This document shows positions 9,034 through 18,821 of a stretch of DNA of 54,329 bases, in pieces. The stretch's first letter is position 1. Each line of letters begins with the position of its first letter. Source of the DNA: an uncultured Spirochaetales bacterium (lineage in GTDB: Bacteria > Myxococcota_A > UBA9160 > SMWR01); contig CAYPSI010000075.1 in NCBI GenBank assembly GCA_964413375.1, positions 1 through 54,329 on the forward strand, written 5' to 3'. The notes under the pieces were generated by a model that saw only the letters and a program-made list of their open reading frames with translations, made no database searches and was not told where the DNA came from. A program made the translations under genes and the position numbers.

Positions 9034-9864
9034 ATGAGCTTCGCAGATCGCTGGCTGGTTTCGGCTGGAGCCTTTCTGGTCGTGGCGCTGAGCATGGCGA
9101 GCGGCGTACATGCCGCCGGGCCGGACGAGGCGGCCTTGCGGCAACTCGCGGTGGGCCCGCACCGGGCGCCCGGTCACACGGAACGCAACGTCTATCGTCA
9201 TCCCGTGGAAACCCTGACCTTCTTCGGACTCGCGCCTGGCATGACGGTGGTCGAGATCGCCCCGGGTGGCGGTGGGTGGTACACCGAGATCATCGCGCCC
9301 TACCTCAAGGCGAGCGGCCGCTACTACGCCGCCGCCTACGACCCGCTTTCTCCGGAGGAGTACTACCGCCGTAACGCGCGTGCGCTGCAGGACAAGCTGA
9401 CCGAGCGGCTCGACCTCTACGGCAGCACGATCCTCAGCGTGTTCGCGCCGCCGACCAAACTGGAGATCGCCCCGGCGGGCAGTGCGGATCTGGTGTTGAC
9501 CTTCCGAAACGTGCACAACTGGATGGCCGATGGCACCGCCGATGCAGCCTTTGCATCGTTCTACCGCGCGCTCAAACCGGGCGGCGTACTCGGTGTGGTC
9601 GAGCATCGCGGCTCTTCCGACCAGCCCCAGGATCCGAAAGCCGACTCCGGCTACGTGCGTGAGGATGTGGTGATCCGGCTGGCGGAGAAAGCAGGATTCC
9701 GCCTCGACGCCCGCAGCGAGATCAATGCCAACCCGAAAGATACGCGCGACTACCCGAAAGGCGTGTGGACGCTGCCGCCGACTTTCGAACTGGGTGACGC
9801 GGATCGCGCGAAGTACGCGGCCATCGGCGAGAGCGATCGGATGACGCTGCGCTTCAGGAAATAG
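9034..9864 (+). CDS. Class I SAM-dependent methyltransferase (COG4798-like) with a predicted signal peptide
   Basis: YRHPVETLTFFG, VVEIAPGGGGWYTE, DLVLTFRNVHNW, LKPGGVLGVVEHR, IGESDRMTLRFRK; hydrophobic N-terminus; GGGAG upstream of ATG 9034. Confidence 0.85.
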   Translation: MSFADRWLVSAGAFLVVALSMASGVHAAGPDEAALRQLAVGPHRAPGHTERNVYRHPVETLTFFGLAPGMTVVEIAPGGGGWYTEIIAPYLKASGRYYAAAYDPLSPEEYYRRNARALQDKLTERLDLYGSTILSVFAPPTKLEIAPAGSADLVLTFRNVHNWMADGTADAAFASFYRALKPGGVLGVVEHRGSSDQPQDPKADSGYVREDVVIRLAEKAGFRLDARSEINANPKDTRDYPKGVWTLPPTFELGDADRAKYAAIGESDRMTLRFRK

Positions 9865-10252
9865 CGCCCGGCGCCGCTCACGACCCAGGCCCTACCCGGC
9901 GCAGGTTTCACTTCGGTGGGTCGCGGCGGGCGTGTCAGCCCGCCGTGCCGCCACCCCCAGCCTGGGACTCGCTGCGCCTCCGGTAGCGCCGCACCGGAGC
10001 CATCCCCCGGGATCTGACGGATCGGGAGTGATGGGGACCTTGGGGAGAGGCTCGCCAGGCCCCCGCTTGAACGGCCTGCCCGGCCCGCTCCAGGCCACTC
10101 TGGCCTACCGATCCCTTTGAAGAATCCTACCCGTTTATGCCATCATGGCCGCCAAGCCCGCGGCCCGCGGCCAGAACTGCACCCGTCGGGGGAAGAGACC
10201 GATGAGACCCCGCCTAGCCCGCGCGCTGCGCGCCGACGAGCGGTAGACCTGC

Positions 10253-10954
10253 GTGAGGCAGCACGGCGGGAACACGAGGGTCATCCTCGCCATCCACACG
10301 CTGCGCTTCCCGCTCGCGCTGGCGTTCGGCGTCATCGTGACCGCGTGTTTCTTCCTGCTGATGAAAGCGCTGATCAGCGTCAGGCCCGAGATGGTCGACG
10401 CCCAGGTCGTGCTCAATATCGAGTTCTCCCGGCTACGGACGGATTCGCAGATCGAGCCGCGGAAGCGCCCGAAGCCGGAACGCGTGACCCCCAAACAGGA
10501 ACCGCCCCCGCCCGGGATGGCCGTCGCGCAGACGCTCGATCCCCAGGGAGGCGTGAGCGAACTCGTCGCCGCCATGCAGCCCGGCGTCGGCTTCGGAGAA
10601 GTGACGAGTCTCGGCGGCGGCGGCGGCGGCGGGGGGGGTGGGGGCGGCGCTCGCGCGGACGGGAGCGGTGATCGCGACGTCCTCCCGCTGGTGCGGGTCG
10701 ATCCCGAGTACCCGGAGCGCGCCAAGCAGCAGCGCATCGAGGGATGGGTGGACGTCGAGTTCACGATCAGCCCGGCTGGGACGGTCAAGGATCCGCGTGT
10801 GATCGCGGCACAGCCCCCGTCCGTGTTCGACAAGTCGACGCTGAGCGCGATCCGCCGCTGGAGATACAACCCGAGGCTCGAGAATGGCGTCGCCGTGGAG
10901 CAGGTGGGTGTCCAGGTCCGCATGCGCTTCGAGCTGCCGCGGGGGGGCCGATGA
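10253..10954 (+). CDS. tonB: TonB family energy transducer
   Basis: N-terminal TM helix, Pro/Lys-rich linker (PRKRPKPERVTPKQEPPPP), C-terminal YPERAKQQRIEGWVDVEFTI...FDKSTLSAIRRWRY. Start uncertain. Confidence 0.88.
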   Translation: MRQHGGNTRVILAIHTLRFPLALAFGVIVTACFFLLMKALISVRPEMVDAQVVLNIEFSRLRTDSQIEPRKRPKPERVTPKQEPPPPGMAVAQTLDPQGGVSELVAAMQPGVGFGEVTSLGGGGGGGGGGGGARADGSGDRDVLPLVRVDPEYPERAKQQRIEGWVDVEFTISPAGTVKDPRVIAAQPPSVFDKSTLSAIRRWRYNPRLENGVAVEQVGVQVRMRFELPRGGR

Positions 10955-12225
10955 AGCGCCGGGTGGCCTGGCTGGCGTGCCTCGAGCTGCTGCTCCCGCT
11001 GCTGGCTCCGCTCGCGGCTCCCGCGAACGCGGTCGAAGACGAGCCGATCGACCTCGTGGCACTCGAGAACGAGCGGATCAAGCGGGCCGCTCTCTACCCC
11101 ATCCGGCGGCGTATCTCGCGCTATCTCGAGGCCGCCGCCAAGGCCGTCGACCGGGGAGAGCCCGAGGCGGGACGGGCGCTGCTCGCCAGGCTCGAACCGA
11201 AACGGCTCAACCCCTACGAGCGGGCGCAGGTCTACCGACTCCAGGCCCACTTCGCCTACTTCGCGTCGGATTACACGGCCGCTCGCGGGCACTTCGAGAA
11301 GGTCCTGGCCGAAGAGACACTTCCCGTCCGCGACGACAACAGGATCCGCTTCAACCTCGCTCAGCTCCACGCCGCCGCCCAGGAGTGGCGCGAGGCCCTC
11401 ACCGCGCTGGACCGTTGGGCGCGCTATGTCCCGGAGCCGGATCCGCTCGCGCTCTACCTGCGAGCGGTGGCGCACTACCAGCTCGAGGAGTTCGATGCGG
11501 CCCTCGCCAACGTCAAACAGGCGGTGGATCTCTCGCCCGAGCCGCCGGAGGGCTGGCTGCAGCTGCTGGCGGCCCTCTACACCCCGCGCGAGGAATACGC
11601 GAATGCGGCCCCCGTGGTCGAGCAGCTGGTCGCGCGCTTCCCGGCGAAGCCACAGTACTGGGTGCAGCTCGCGCTGATCTACGGTGCGCTGGAGAATTAC
11701 CCGGCGTCGCTCGCCGTCCAGCAGCTCGCGTACCGCCAGGGACTGCTCACGCGGGACAAGGACCTTCTCCGCCTGGTACGCTCCTCGCTGCATCAGGGCA
11801 TGCCCTTCTGGGCGGCGCAGCTCCTCCAGCACGAGCTCGCGAAGAAAAGGCTCGAGCGCGACCCGAAGACGCTCGAGATGCTCGCGAACAGCTGGATCGC
11901 GGCCCGCGACTACGAGCTATCCCTCCCTGCTCTGCGCGAGGCCGCGTCGCTCGCCGCAGACGGGAACCTGTTCGTCCGCCTGGGCCAGGTGTACATGCAG
12001 CGCGCGGAGTGGCCGGAGGCGATCGAGGCGCTCCAGAAGGCCATCGAGAAGGGGAGCATCAGAGATCAAGGCAACGCCCAGCTACTTCTCGGTATCTGCT
12101 ATTTCAACGACCAGCGCATCGACCAGGCGCGGTCCTCGTTCGCGCGCGCCCGCGAGCACGACTCGTCGCGCGAAGCGGCGGGCCGCTGGATGACGCACCT
12201 CGAGGAACCCAGCGGGTCGGGCTGA
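10951..12225 (+). CDS. Exported tetratricopeptide-repeat protein (TtpD-like partner of TonB systems)
   Basis: Signal peptide MKRRVAWLACLELLLPLLAPLAAPANA; multiple TPR-like helices; ATGA overlap with tonB. Confidence 0.82.
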   Translation: MKRRVAWLACLELLLPLLAPLAAPANAVEDEPIDLVALENERIKRAALYPIRRRISRYLEAAAKAVDRGEPEAGRALLARLEPKRLNPYERAQVYRLQAHFAYFASDYTAARGHFEKVLAEETLPVRDDNRIRFNLAQLHAAAQEWREALTALDRWARYVPEPDPLALYLRAVAHYQLEEFDAALANVKQAVDLSPEPPEGWLQLLAALYTPREEYANAAPVVEQLVARFPAKPQYWVQLALIYGALENYPASLAVQQLAYRQGLLTRDKDLLRLVRSSLHQGMPFWAAQLLQHELAKKRLERDPKTLEMLANSWIAARDYELSLPALREAASLAADGNLFVRLGQVYMQRAEWPEAIEALQKAIEKGSIRDQGNAQLLLGICYFNDQRIDQARSSFARAREHDSSREAAGRWMTHLEEPSGSG

Positions 12226-12333
12226 CGACTCCCGATCGGTGCCGCCTCGTCGCCGATCACGACCACGCTGTCGTCGGGGCTTTCGGCGTGCAGGCGCTCG
12301 CTGAGGGGGCGCACCCTTCGATAGTGGGGGCGA

Positions 12334-13128
12334 TCAGTAGGCCGAGAGGCCGCCTTCGGCGGAGATCGTCGCGGCGTTGATCATGCGGGATTCGTCGGAG
12401 GCGAGGAAGAGCGCGACGTTTGCGATGTCCTCGGGCTCGCCGATCGAGAAGGGGTGATCGGCGATCGACATCCCGCCGCTCGCGCGGATGGAGGCTTCCA
12501 CCGCTTCGCGCGTTCCACCCATCCGCTTGCGCAGGCGCTCGGTCATCACGAGCCCCGGGCAGATTGCGTTGACGCGCACGCCCTGACGCGAGTAGCGGCC
12601 GGCGAGTGCGCGCGTGAGCGAGAGGATCGCGCCCTTCGCCGCGGCGTAGGCGTGCAGCGGGTGGTCGCCGCGCAGCGCGGCGATCGAGCTCGTGTTCACG
12701 ACCGAGCCGCCGCCGGCGCGCACGATCTCGGGAATCGCATGGCGGCAGCACAGGAAGGTGCCGCGCAGGTTGAGCCCGAGGGTCTGCTCGAAGACGTCGA
12801 GGTCGACCTCCGTGACGGGGGCGTCCGTCGGGAGCGAGCCGCCGGCGCAGTTGAAGAGCACCTGGAGCGCGCCGAAGCGGGAGACTGCCGCCGCGACCGC
12901 GCGCGCGACGCTCTCCTCCTGCGTCACGTCGGTCTCGACGAAGAGCGCCTCGCCGCCGGCCGCGCGCAGCTCCGCCTCCGCCGCACGTCCACTCGCGGCA
13001 TCGAGCTCCGCGATCACGACGCGGGCTCCCTCGCGCGCGAAGATCCGGGCCGAGGCGCGGGCGATTCCGGCGCCCGCGCCGGTGATGAGTGCGACCTTCC
13101 CTGCCAGTCTTCCGCTGTCGCCCGCCAT
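12334..13128 (-). CDS. Short-chain dehydrogenase/reductase (SDR)
   Basis: GKVALITGAGAGIA, LFNCAGG, VVNTSS, catalytic YAAAK, VRVNAICPG. Start MAGDSG at ATG 13128. Confidence 0.92.
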   Translation of the reverse strand: MAGDSGRLAGKVALITGAGAGIARASARIFAREGARVVIAELDAASGRAAEAELRAAGGEALFVETDVTQEESVARAVAAAVSRFGALQVLFNCAGGSLPTDAPVTEVDLDVFEQTLGLNLRGTFLCCRHAIPEIVRAGGGSVVNTSSIAALRGDHPLHAYAAAKGAILSLTRALAGRYSRQGVRVNAICPGLVMTERLRKRMGGTREAVEASIRASGGMSIADHPFSIGEPEDIANVALFLASDESRMINAATISAEGGLSAY

Positions 13129-13171
13129 GCTCCGATCCCCCGCTGCTGCGCCGCCCGCGCCAAGGTCCGTC

Positions 13172-13738
13172 TCAGCCGGCGAGCTCGAGCAGCAACCCGT
13201 GGATGCGCGGGTCAGGGCCGAGCTCGGGGTGGAAGGTGGTGGCCAGGATCTTCCCCTGGCGGACGAAGACCGGCCAGCCCTCGACGCGCGCGAGCACCAG
13301 CACCTCCGGTCCGGGGCGGCGCAGGCGTGGCGCGCGGATGAAGACGCAGCGCAGGTTCTCGAGCTTCGAGTCCGCGACCTCCGCGAAGGAGTCGACCTGC
13401 GTGCCGTAGGCGTTGCGCACCGCGACGACGTCGAGGAGCCCAAGGCTGCGGACCGGGTGGTTCTCGACCTCGCGCGCGAGCAGCACGGCGCCCGCGCAGG
13501 TGCCGAGGATCGGGCGGCCGGCCTTCGCGAAGGCCTCGAGCGGCTCGTAGAGTCCGAGCCGCTCGAGGCCCTTCGAGATCGTCGTGCTCTCGCCGCCCGG
13601 GAGGATCAGCGCACAGATCCCCTCGAGATCCTCCGCGTGGCGCACCGCGACCGCATCGGCGTCCACGCGGGCGAGTGCCCGCGCGTGGGCCTCGATGTCG
13701 CCCTGGATCGCGAGGATGCCGACGCGCCGACGCGTCAT
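13172..13738 (-). CDS. pdxT: PLP synthase glutaminase subunit PdxT
   Basis: GILAIQGD, LILPGGESTT, GTCAG, RNAYGTQVDSF, FIRAP, TFHPE. Confidence 0.96.
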   Translation of the reverse strand: MTRRRVGILAIQGDIEAHARALARVDADAVAVRHAEDLEGICALILPGGESTTISKGLERLGLYEPLEAFAKAGRPILGTCAGAVLLAREVENHPVRSLGLLDVVAVRNAYGTQVDSFAEVADSKLENLRCVFIRAPRLRRPGPEVLVLARVEGWPVFVRQGKILATTFHPELGPDPRIHGLLLELAG

Positions 13739-13742
13739 CGCC

Positions 13743-14678
13743 TCACCAGCCCCGGTTCGCGAGACGCTCGTGCTCGGCCAGCTTCTCCATCTCGATCCCG
13801 GGCATCGCAGCGGCGAGACCGCGGCAGGCCGCGAGCACCTCCTGCGGCTCGTCCCAGTGGGTGGTGGCGCGCACCACCGCGCGCGCCCGCGCCTCGGGAT
13901 CCTCGCTCTTGAAGATGCCCGAGCCGACGAAGACCGCCTCGGCGCCGAGCGCCATGCACAGCGCTGCGTCGGCGGGCGTTGCGATGCCGCCGGCCGCGAA
14001 GTTCGGCACCGGGAGGCGCCCCGTCGCGGCCACGCGGCGCACGAGCTCGAGCGGCGCTCCGAGCGCCTTTGCGCGCGCCGGGAGCTCTTCGGGCCGCAGT
14101 GCCCCGAGGCCGCGGATCTCTCCGCAGACCCGGCGCAGGTGCCGCACCGCCTCGACGATGTTCCCGCTCCCGGCCTCGCCCTTGGTGCGGATCATCGCCG
14201 CGCCTTCGGCCACGCGGCGGAGCGCCTCGCCGAGGTCGCGCGCACCGCACACGAAGGGCGAGCGGAACTCGTGCTTCGCGACGTGGTGCTCCTCGTCGGC
14301 AGGCGTCAGCACCTCGCTCTCGTCGATGAAGTCGACGCCGAGGGCCTCGAGGATGCGCGCCTCCGCGAAGTGGCCGATGCGGACCTTCGCCATCACCGGA
14401 ATCGACACCGTGCGCTGGATGCCCTGGATGATCTCGATGCTGGCCATGCGCGCGACGCCGCCCTCGCGGCGGATGTCGGCCGGCACGCGCTCGAGCGCCA
14501 TCACCGCCGCCGCACCGGCATCCTCGGCGATCTTCGCCTGCTCGGGCGTGGTCACGTCCATGATCACGCCGCCCTTCAGCATCTCGGCGAGGCCCACCTT
14601 GATCTCGAAGGCCTCGGCCCCCGTCCGGACGCCCCCATTGCCCGGCGCATCCGATCCCCGACTCTCCTTCCCCGACAT
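13743..14678 (-). CDS. pdxS: PLP synthase lyase subunit PdxS
   Basis: [61 protein letters not shown]. Confidence 0.97.
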   Translation of the reverse strand: MSGKESRGSDAPGNGGVRTGAEAFEIKVGLAEMLKGGVIMDVTTPEQAKIAEDAGAAAVMALERVPADIRREGGVARMASIEIIQGIQRTVSIPVMAKVRIGHFAEARILEALGVDFIDESEVLTPADEEHHVAKHEFRSPFVCGARDLGEALRRVAEGAAMIRTKGEAGSGNIVEAVRHLRRVCGEIRGLGALRPEELPARAKALGAPLELVRRVAATGRLPVPNFAAGGIATPADAALCMALGAEAVFVGSGIFKSEDPEARARAVVRATTHWDEPQEVLAACRGLAAAMPGIEMEKLAEHERLANRGW

Positions 14679-14710
14679 CGTTCCGTCCTCCTACTGGCTA
14701 GTGCAGAATC

Positions 14711-16195
14711 TCAGATGTGCGCGCCGACCGCGGGTCGCGGCCCCGCGGCGAGGCGCTTTCTCACGAGCCCGCCGAGCACGGCGACGCCCCGTTCGATCGC
14801 GACCTCGTCCGCCATCGCGAACGCAAGGCGCAGGCCGCTCGACGGGCGCCCGTCGTGGTGGAAGAGACTTCCCGGCGCGAAGAGCACCCCCGCTCCGACC
14901 GCGTCGGCGAGCAGATCGCTCGTGTCGATCCCGTGGCCGAGGTCGACCCACAGCTGCGTGCCGCCTTCCGGGCGCGTCCAGACCGCGGCGTCCGGCAGGT
15001 GACGCTCGACCGCCGCGCAGAGCGCGTCGCGGCGCCCGCGCAACACCCGGCGCAGCCGCGTGAGGTGGCGATCGTAGGCGCCCTCGGCCACGAACTCGGC
15101 GAGCGCGGCCTGGAGCGGCATCGCATCCGAGAGGTCCGTGGCCCGTTTGAGCGCGAGCAACGCCTCGAGCGGGCGGCCGCGTACCGCCACGGCACCGAGG
15201 CGCACCCCGGGAAAGAGCGACTTCGAAAAGGAATACAGGTGGACCACGAGCCCCGCGCCGTCCTGCGCAGCGAGCGGCGGCACCGGCCGGCCCTCGAAGC
15301 GCAGGTCGATCTGATAGCCGTCCTCGATCACCGGCTTGGCGAAGCGCGCGGCGATCTCGAGCAGCGCGCGGCGGTGGCCCTGTGAAGTCGTCGTCCCGAG
15401 CGGATTGTGAAAGGTGGGAATCGTGTAGAGGAGCTTCACCTCCGGCCGCGCGAGCACGCGCTCGAGCACAGCGAGATCGAGGCCTCCCTCGCGCATCGGC
15501 ACGGGCGCAGTGCGGAGGCCGAGGCCCGCGAGCGTGGCGAGGACGTTGTTGTAGGTGGGCTCCTCGAGCGCCACCACGTCCCCCGGCCCGGCGAAGAGCC
15601 GCACCGCGAGCGAGATGCCCTGGCTCGCACCGTGGCACAGGACGAGCTCCTCGGCGTCGATCGCGACACCCTCCTCGCGCAGCCGTGCCGCGAGCACCTC
15701 GCGCATGCGCGGATGGCCCCGCGGCTCAGCGTAGAGGAGGAGGCCCGGCCCGCCGCGGGCGAGCACGCGGTTGAGTACGCGGCGGAACTCGTCCGCCGGG
15801 TAGAGGCTCGGATCGGGGATCAGGGTGTGGAGCGGCACCGCACCGTTCGCGCTGCCGAAGCGCGGCCGCGAGCGCTCGAGCTCGAGCAGCCGTTCCGCGA
15901 GCCCCGACAGCGCCGGACTCGCGGCGCCGGGTCGGGCTTCGCCCCGGCCCGGACGCCTTGCCACGAAGGTTCCCCGCCCGACCGAGGACTCGACGACTCC
16001 GGCCGACGCCAGCGCCTCGTAGGCGAGTGCCACCGTGTCGCGGTTCACACCGAGCTGCTGCGCGAGCTCACGGATCGGCGGCAGTCGGTCGCCCGGCGCG
16101 AGCTGGGCCGTCTCGACCTCGCCGCGGATCCGCTCTGCGATCCGCTGGTAGATCGGCCGGCCATCGCCTGCGCGTCGGTCGAGCGAGATGCGCAT
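14711..16195 (-). CDS. pdxR: MocR/GabR-family regulator (GntR wHTH plus PLP-binding aminotransferase-like domain), probable PdxR
   Basis: N-terminal IYQRIAERIRGEV...LPPIRELAQQLGVNRDTVALAY; AAT-like YTIPTFHNPLG, IEDGY, SFSKSLFPGVRLG; directly upstream of pdxS. Confidence 0.85.
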   Translation of the reverse strand: MRISLDRRAGDGRPIYQRIAERIRGEVETAQLAPGDRLPPIRELAQQLGVNRDTVALAYEALASAGVVESSVGRGTFVARRPGRGEARPGAASPALSGLAERLLELERSRPRFGSANGAVPLHTLIPDPSLYPADEFRRVLNRVLARGGPGLLLYAEPRGHPRMREVLAARLREEGVAIDAEELVLCHGASQGISLAVRLFAGPGDVVALEEPTYNNVLATLAGLGLRTAPVPMREGGLDLAVLERVLARPEVKLLYTIPTFHNPLGTTTSQGHRRALLEIAARFAKPVIEDGYQIDLRFEGRPVPPLAAQDGAGLVVHLYSFSKSLFPGVRLGAVAVRGRPLEALLALKRATDLSDAMPLQAALAEFVAEGAYDRHLTRLRRVLRGRRDALCAAVERHLPDAAVWTRPEGGTQLWVDLGHGIDTSDLLADAVGAGVLFAPGSLFHHDGRPSSGLRLAFAMADEVAIERGVAVLGGLVRKRLAAGPRPAVGAHI

Positions 16196-16203
16196 GATCC
16201 GAG

Positions 16204-16232
16204 AGTTTATGGATGGGACAAAAGCCAGTCAA
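16204..16232 (-). promoter_or_regulatory. Sigma70-type promoter of the pdxR-pdxS-pdxT unit (probably leaderless)
   Basis: TTGACT(16232-16227)-N17-TAAACT(16209-16204), 8 nt before the pdxR ATG, in an AT-rich tract. Confidence 0.7.
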
Positions 16233-16320
16233 TACCCGAAAAAGATCGGACAATCATCGAAAAATCGGAAAAAAACCGATCAAATTTGCCAGACAATGAG
16301 CAGCGCGTGGCAAGCCCCGT

Positions 16321-16932
16321 TCACGCAGGGGTGCCGCTCGCCGCGGCGGGGTCGCGGTTCACATGGTTCATCGCAGCAGCCACGCCGTCGACGAGCGCGG
16401 CCTCGATCGCCGCCGCGGCCGCGTCGATGCGCAGGCCGAGCCCCGCTTCCTCCTCCGCGGAGAAGCGCTGCAGCACCCAGTCGGCGGTCTCCATCGGAAC
16501 TCCCGGTCGCCCGACCCCGAAGCGCAGACGCGGGAAGTCATCGCGCCCGAGGCAGGCGATCACGTCGGAGAGCCCGCGGTGGCCGCCCGCGCTGCCCCCC
16601 GGGCGCAGGCGCAGGCGACCAAAGGGTAGATCCACGTCGTCGAACACGACGAGTAGATCCTGCTCGAGCGGCCCGATCGGGAGCAGCTCGACGGCCTCGG
16701 ACACCCCCTGCCCCGAACGGTTCATGAAGCTCTCGGGCAGCAGGATCCCGATGTCGACGCGAAGACCGCCAGCAAGCGCTGCGCTCGCGCGCCCGAAGCG
16801 CCCGCCGAAGCGGCCCTGGTCGAGCGCAATGCGGCGTTGCTCGGCGAAGCGCAGGGCCACGCGGAAGCCCACGTTGTGCCGCGTAGCGGCGTAACGAGGG
16901 CCCGGGTTTCCGAGGCCGACAACGAGCTTCAC
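16321..16932 (-). CDS. pth: Peptidyl-tRNA hydrolase
   Basis: MKLVVGLGNPG...YAATRHNVGF, PESFMNRSG, VFDDVDLPFG, GGHRGL, RLRFGVGRP. Confidence 0.97.
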   Translation of the reverse strand: MKLVVGLGNPGPRYAATRHNVGFRVALRFAEQRRIALDQGRFGGRFGRASAALAGGLRVDIGILLPESFMNRSGQGVSEAVELLPIGPLEQDLLVVFDDVDLPFGRLRLRPGGSAGGHRGLSDVIACLGRDDFPRLRFGVGRPGVPMETADWVLQRFSAEEEAGLGLRIDAAAAAIEAALVDGVAAAMNHVNRDPAAASGTPA

Positions 16933-16945
16933 CCGGCCGTCGCCC

Positions 16946-17617
16946 CTACTCGGAAGCCTCTTCCTTCGCCTTCGCCTCGCCCTCGACAGCCGGCGCCGCC
17001 GCCTCGCCCTCGGCCGGCACGGCCTCGGTCGGAGTCGCCACGACCTCGGCAGCCGGCAGCACCACCGAGATGACGGACAGGTCGGCGTCGCTGCGCAGCT
17101 CGACTCCTTCCGGCAGCACGAGGTCGCGCACGTGCAGCGTGTCGCCGACGTCGAGCTCCGTCACGTCCACCTGGATCTCCTTCGGGATCGCGGTCGGCAG
17201 GCAGAGGAGCTCGATCTCGCGCAGCGAGTGGTCGAGGATGCCGCCGAACTCGACGCCGCGCGCCTTGCCGACGACGTGGACCGGGACCGCGACCTGGATC
17301 TTCTGCTGCAGGTCGACCGCGAGCAGGTCCGCGTGCAGGTAGTCGCCCTTCACCGGATCGCGCTGGAGCTCACGCACGAGCACCGGTAGGCCCTGGAGCG
17401 CACCGCCCCCCTCGACATCGAGCTCGAAGAGCGTGTTCAGGCCCGAGTCGCTGCGCGTCAGCACGCGCCGCAAGAGCTTCGGGTCGAGCGAGACCGGCAC
17501 CGCGGCCTGGGAACGCCCGTAGACGACCCCGGGGATGCGCCCGGCGGCGCGGAGCTTTCGCGCGACGCCCTTGCCCGAGGCCTCGCGAACCTGGATCTGG
17601 AGTGCGTTCTCTGCCAC
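16946..17617 (-). CDS. rplY: 50S ribosomal protein bL25 (long Ctc type)
   Basis: GKGVARKLRAAGRIPGVVYG, QRDPV...HADL, VPVHVVG...GGIL; lies between prs and pth. Confidence 0.96.
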   Translation of the reverse strand: MAENALQIQVREASGKGVARKLRAAGRIPGVVYGRSQAAVPVSLDPKLLRRVLTRSDSGLNTLFELDVEGGGALQGLPVLVRELQRDPVKGDYLHADLLAVDLQQKIQVAVPVHVVGKARGVEFGGILDHSLREIELLCLPTAIPKEIQVDVTELDVGDTLHVRDLVLPEGVELRSDADLSVISVVLPAAEVVATPTEAVPAEGEAAAPAVEGEAKAKEEASE

Positions 17618-17633
17618 GTGGGGAACCTCTCGA

Positions 17634-18572
17634 TCAGACGAAGAGCGAGCTCACGCTCTCCTCGTTGTTGATGCGGCGGATCGCCTCCCCGAGCAGGGGT
17701 GCGATGCTCACCTGGTGGAGCTTGCGGCACTCGCGTGCGTCGTCGCGCAGCTGGATGGTGTCGGTCACCACGAGCTCCTCGAGGCCAGATTCCTCGATTC
17801 GCTTGATCGCCGGCCCCGAGAGCACCGGGTGTGTGACGGCGCCCGCCACGCGTACCGCGCCCTCGCGTCGCAGCGCGTCGGCGGCCTGCGTCAGCGTGCC
17901 CGCGGTGTCGACGATGTCGTCCACGATCACGCAGGTGCGGCCGCTGACGTCTCCGACGATGTTCATCACCTCGGAAACATTCGGACCCTCGCGGCGCTTG
18001 TCGACCATCGCGAGCTGCGCACCCAGGCGCTTGGCATAGGCGCGCGAGCGCTCCACGCCCCCCGCATCCGGGGAGACGATCGTGAGGGGACCCTGGTAGC
18101 GCGCGCGGATCGCGTCGAGCAGCACCGGCGTCGCAAAGAGATTGTCGACCGGAATGTTGAAGAAGCCCTGGAGCTGACCGGCGTGCAGGTCGATGCAGAG
18201 CACCCGGTCGGTGCCAGCCGTCGAGACGAGGTCCGCGACGAGCTTCGCCGAGATCGGAACGCGCGGGGACACCTTGCGGTCCTGGCGGGCGTAGCCGTAG
18301 TAGGGGATCACCGCCGTGATGCGCCGCGCGGAGGAGCGGCGCAGCGCGTCGATCATGATCAGGAGCTCCATCAGGTGCGTGTTCGCCGGCGCCGAGGTCG
18401 ACTGCACGACGAAGCAGTCCGAGCCCCGCACGTTCTCGCAGATCTCGACGTGTACCTCGCCGTCGCTGAAGGTTCCTACCTCGGCACGGCCGAGATCGCG
18501 CCCGAGATAGCTCGCGACTTCGGCCACGAGGGTCGGATTCGAGTTCCCGGTGAAGAGCTTGAGGCTCGGCAT
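17634..18572 (-). CDS. prs: Ribose-phosphate pyrophosphokinase
   Basis: [44 protein letters not shown]. Confidence 0.98.
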   Translation of the reverse strand: MPSLKLFTGNSNPTLVAEVASYLGRDLGRAEVGTFSDGEVHVEICENVRGSDCFVVQSTSAPANTHLMELLIMIDALRRSSARRITAVIPYYGYARQDRKVSPRVPISAKLVADLVSTAGTDRVLCIDLHAGQLQGFFNIPVDNLFATPVLLDAIRARYQGPLTIVSPDAGGVERSRAYAKRLGAQLAMVDKRREGPNVSEVMNIVGDVSGRTCVIVDDIVDTAGTLTQAADALRREGAVRVAGAVTHPVLSGPAIKRIEESGLEELVVTDTIQLRDDARECRKLHQVSIAPLLGEAIRRINNEESVSSLFV

Positions 18573-18719
18573 GCGCTCCCCCCCTGCGTGAACGGGCGAT
18601 CTGGGTGACGGGTGATTCTATCCCCGCCGGAGACCCCGGACCAGCCGCGGCGAGGCCGGCTCTCCCCGCGCCTGGGCCTTTGCGCGTGCAGCGAGGCGGA
18701 AGGGCCAGGCAAGGGCGGG

Positions 18720-18791
18720 TTGGGGCGGTAGGACTCGAACCTACAGATGGCGGCTCCAAAGGCCGCTGCCTTACCATTTGGCTACGCCCCA
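18720..18791 (-). tRNA. tRNA-Gln(UUG)
   Basis: Reverse complement TGGGGCG-TAGCCAAATGGTAAGGC-A-GCGGC-CT-TTG-GA-GCCGC-CATCT-GTAGG-TTCGAGT-CCTAC-CGCCCCA. Full cloverleaf with U1-A72; CCA not encoded; conserved ispE-tRNA-Gln-prs position. Confidence 0.96.
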
Positions 18792-18821
18792 AGGCTTTCG
18801 CCCGCGGGCCACCGCCCGAGG

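Noticed and set aside
9865-10252. Possible small ORFs or RNA in the methyltransferase-tonB gap (hairpin CTCCGGT/ACCGGAG, 14-codon MRPRLARALRADER)
   Set aside because: No recognisable motif or U-tract, and expected by chance at this GC content.
16188-16727. Plus-strand ORF starting in the AT-rich pdxR upstream region
   Set aside because: It is antisense to pth, crosses the pdxR promoter and has no protein-like composition.
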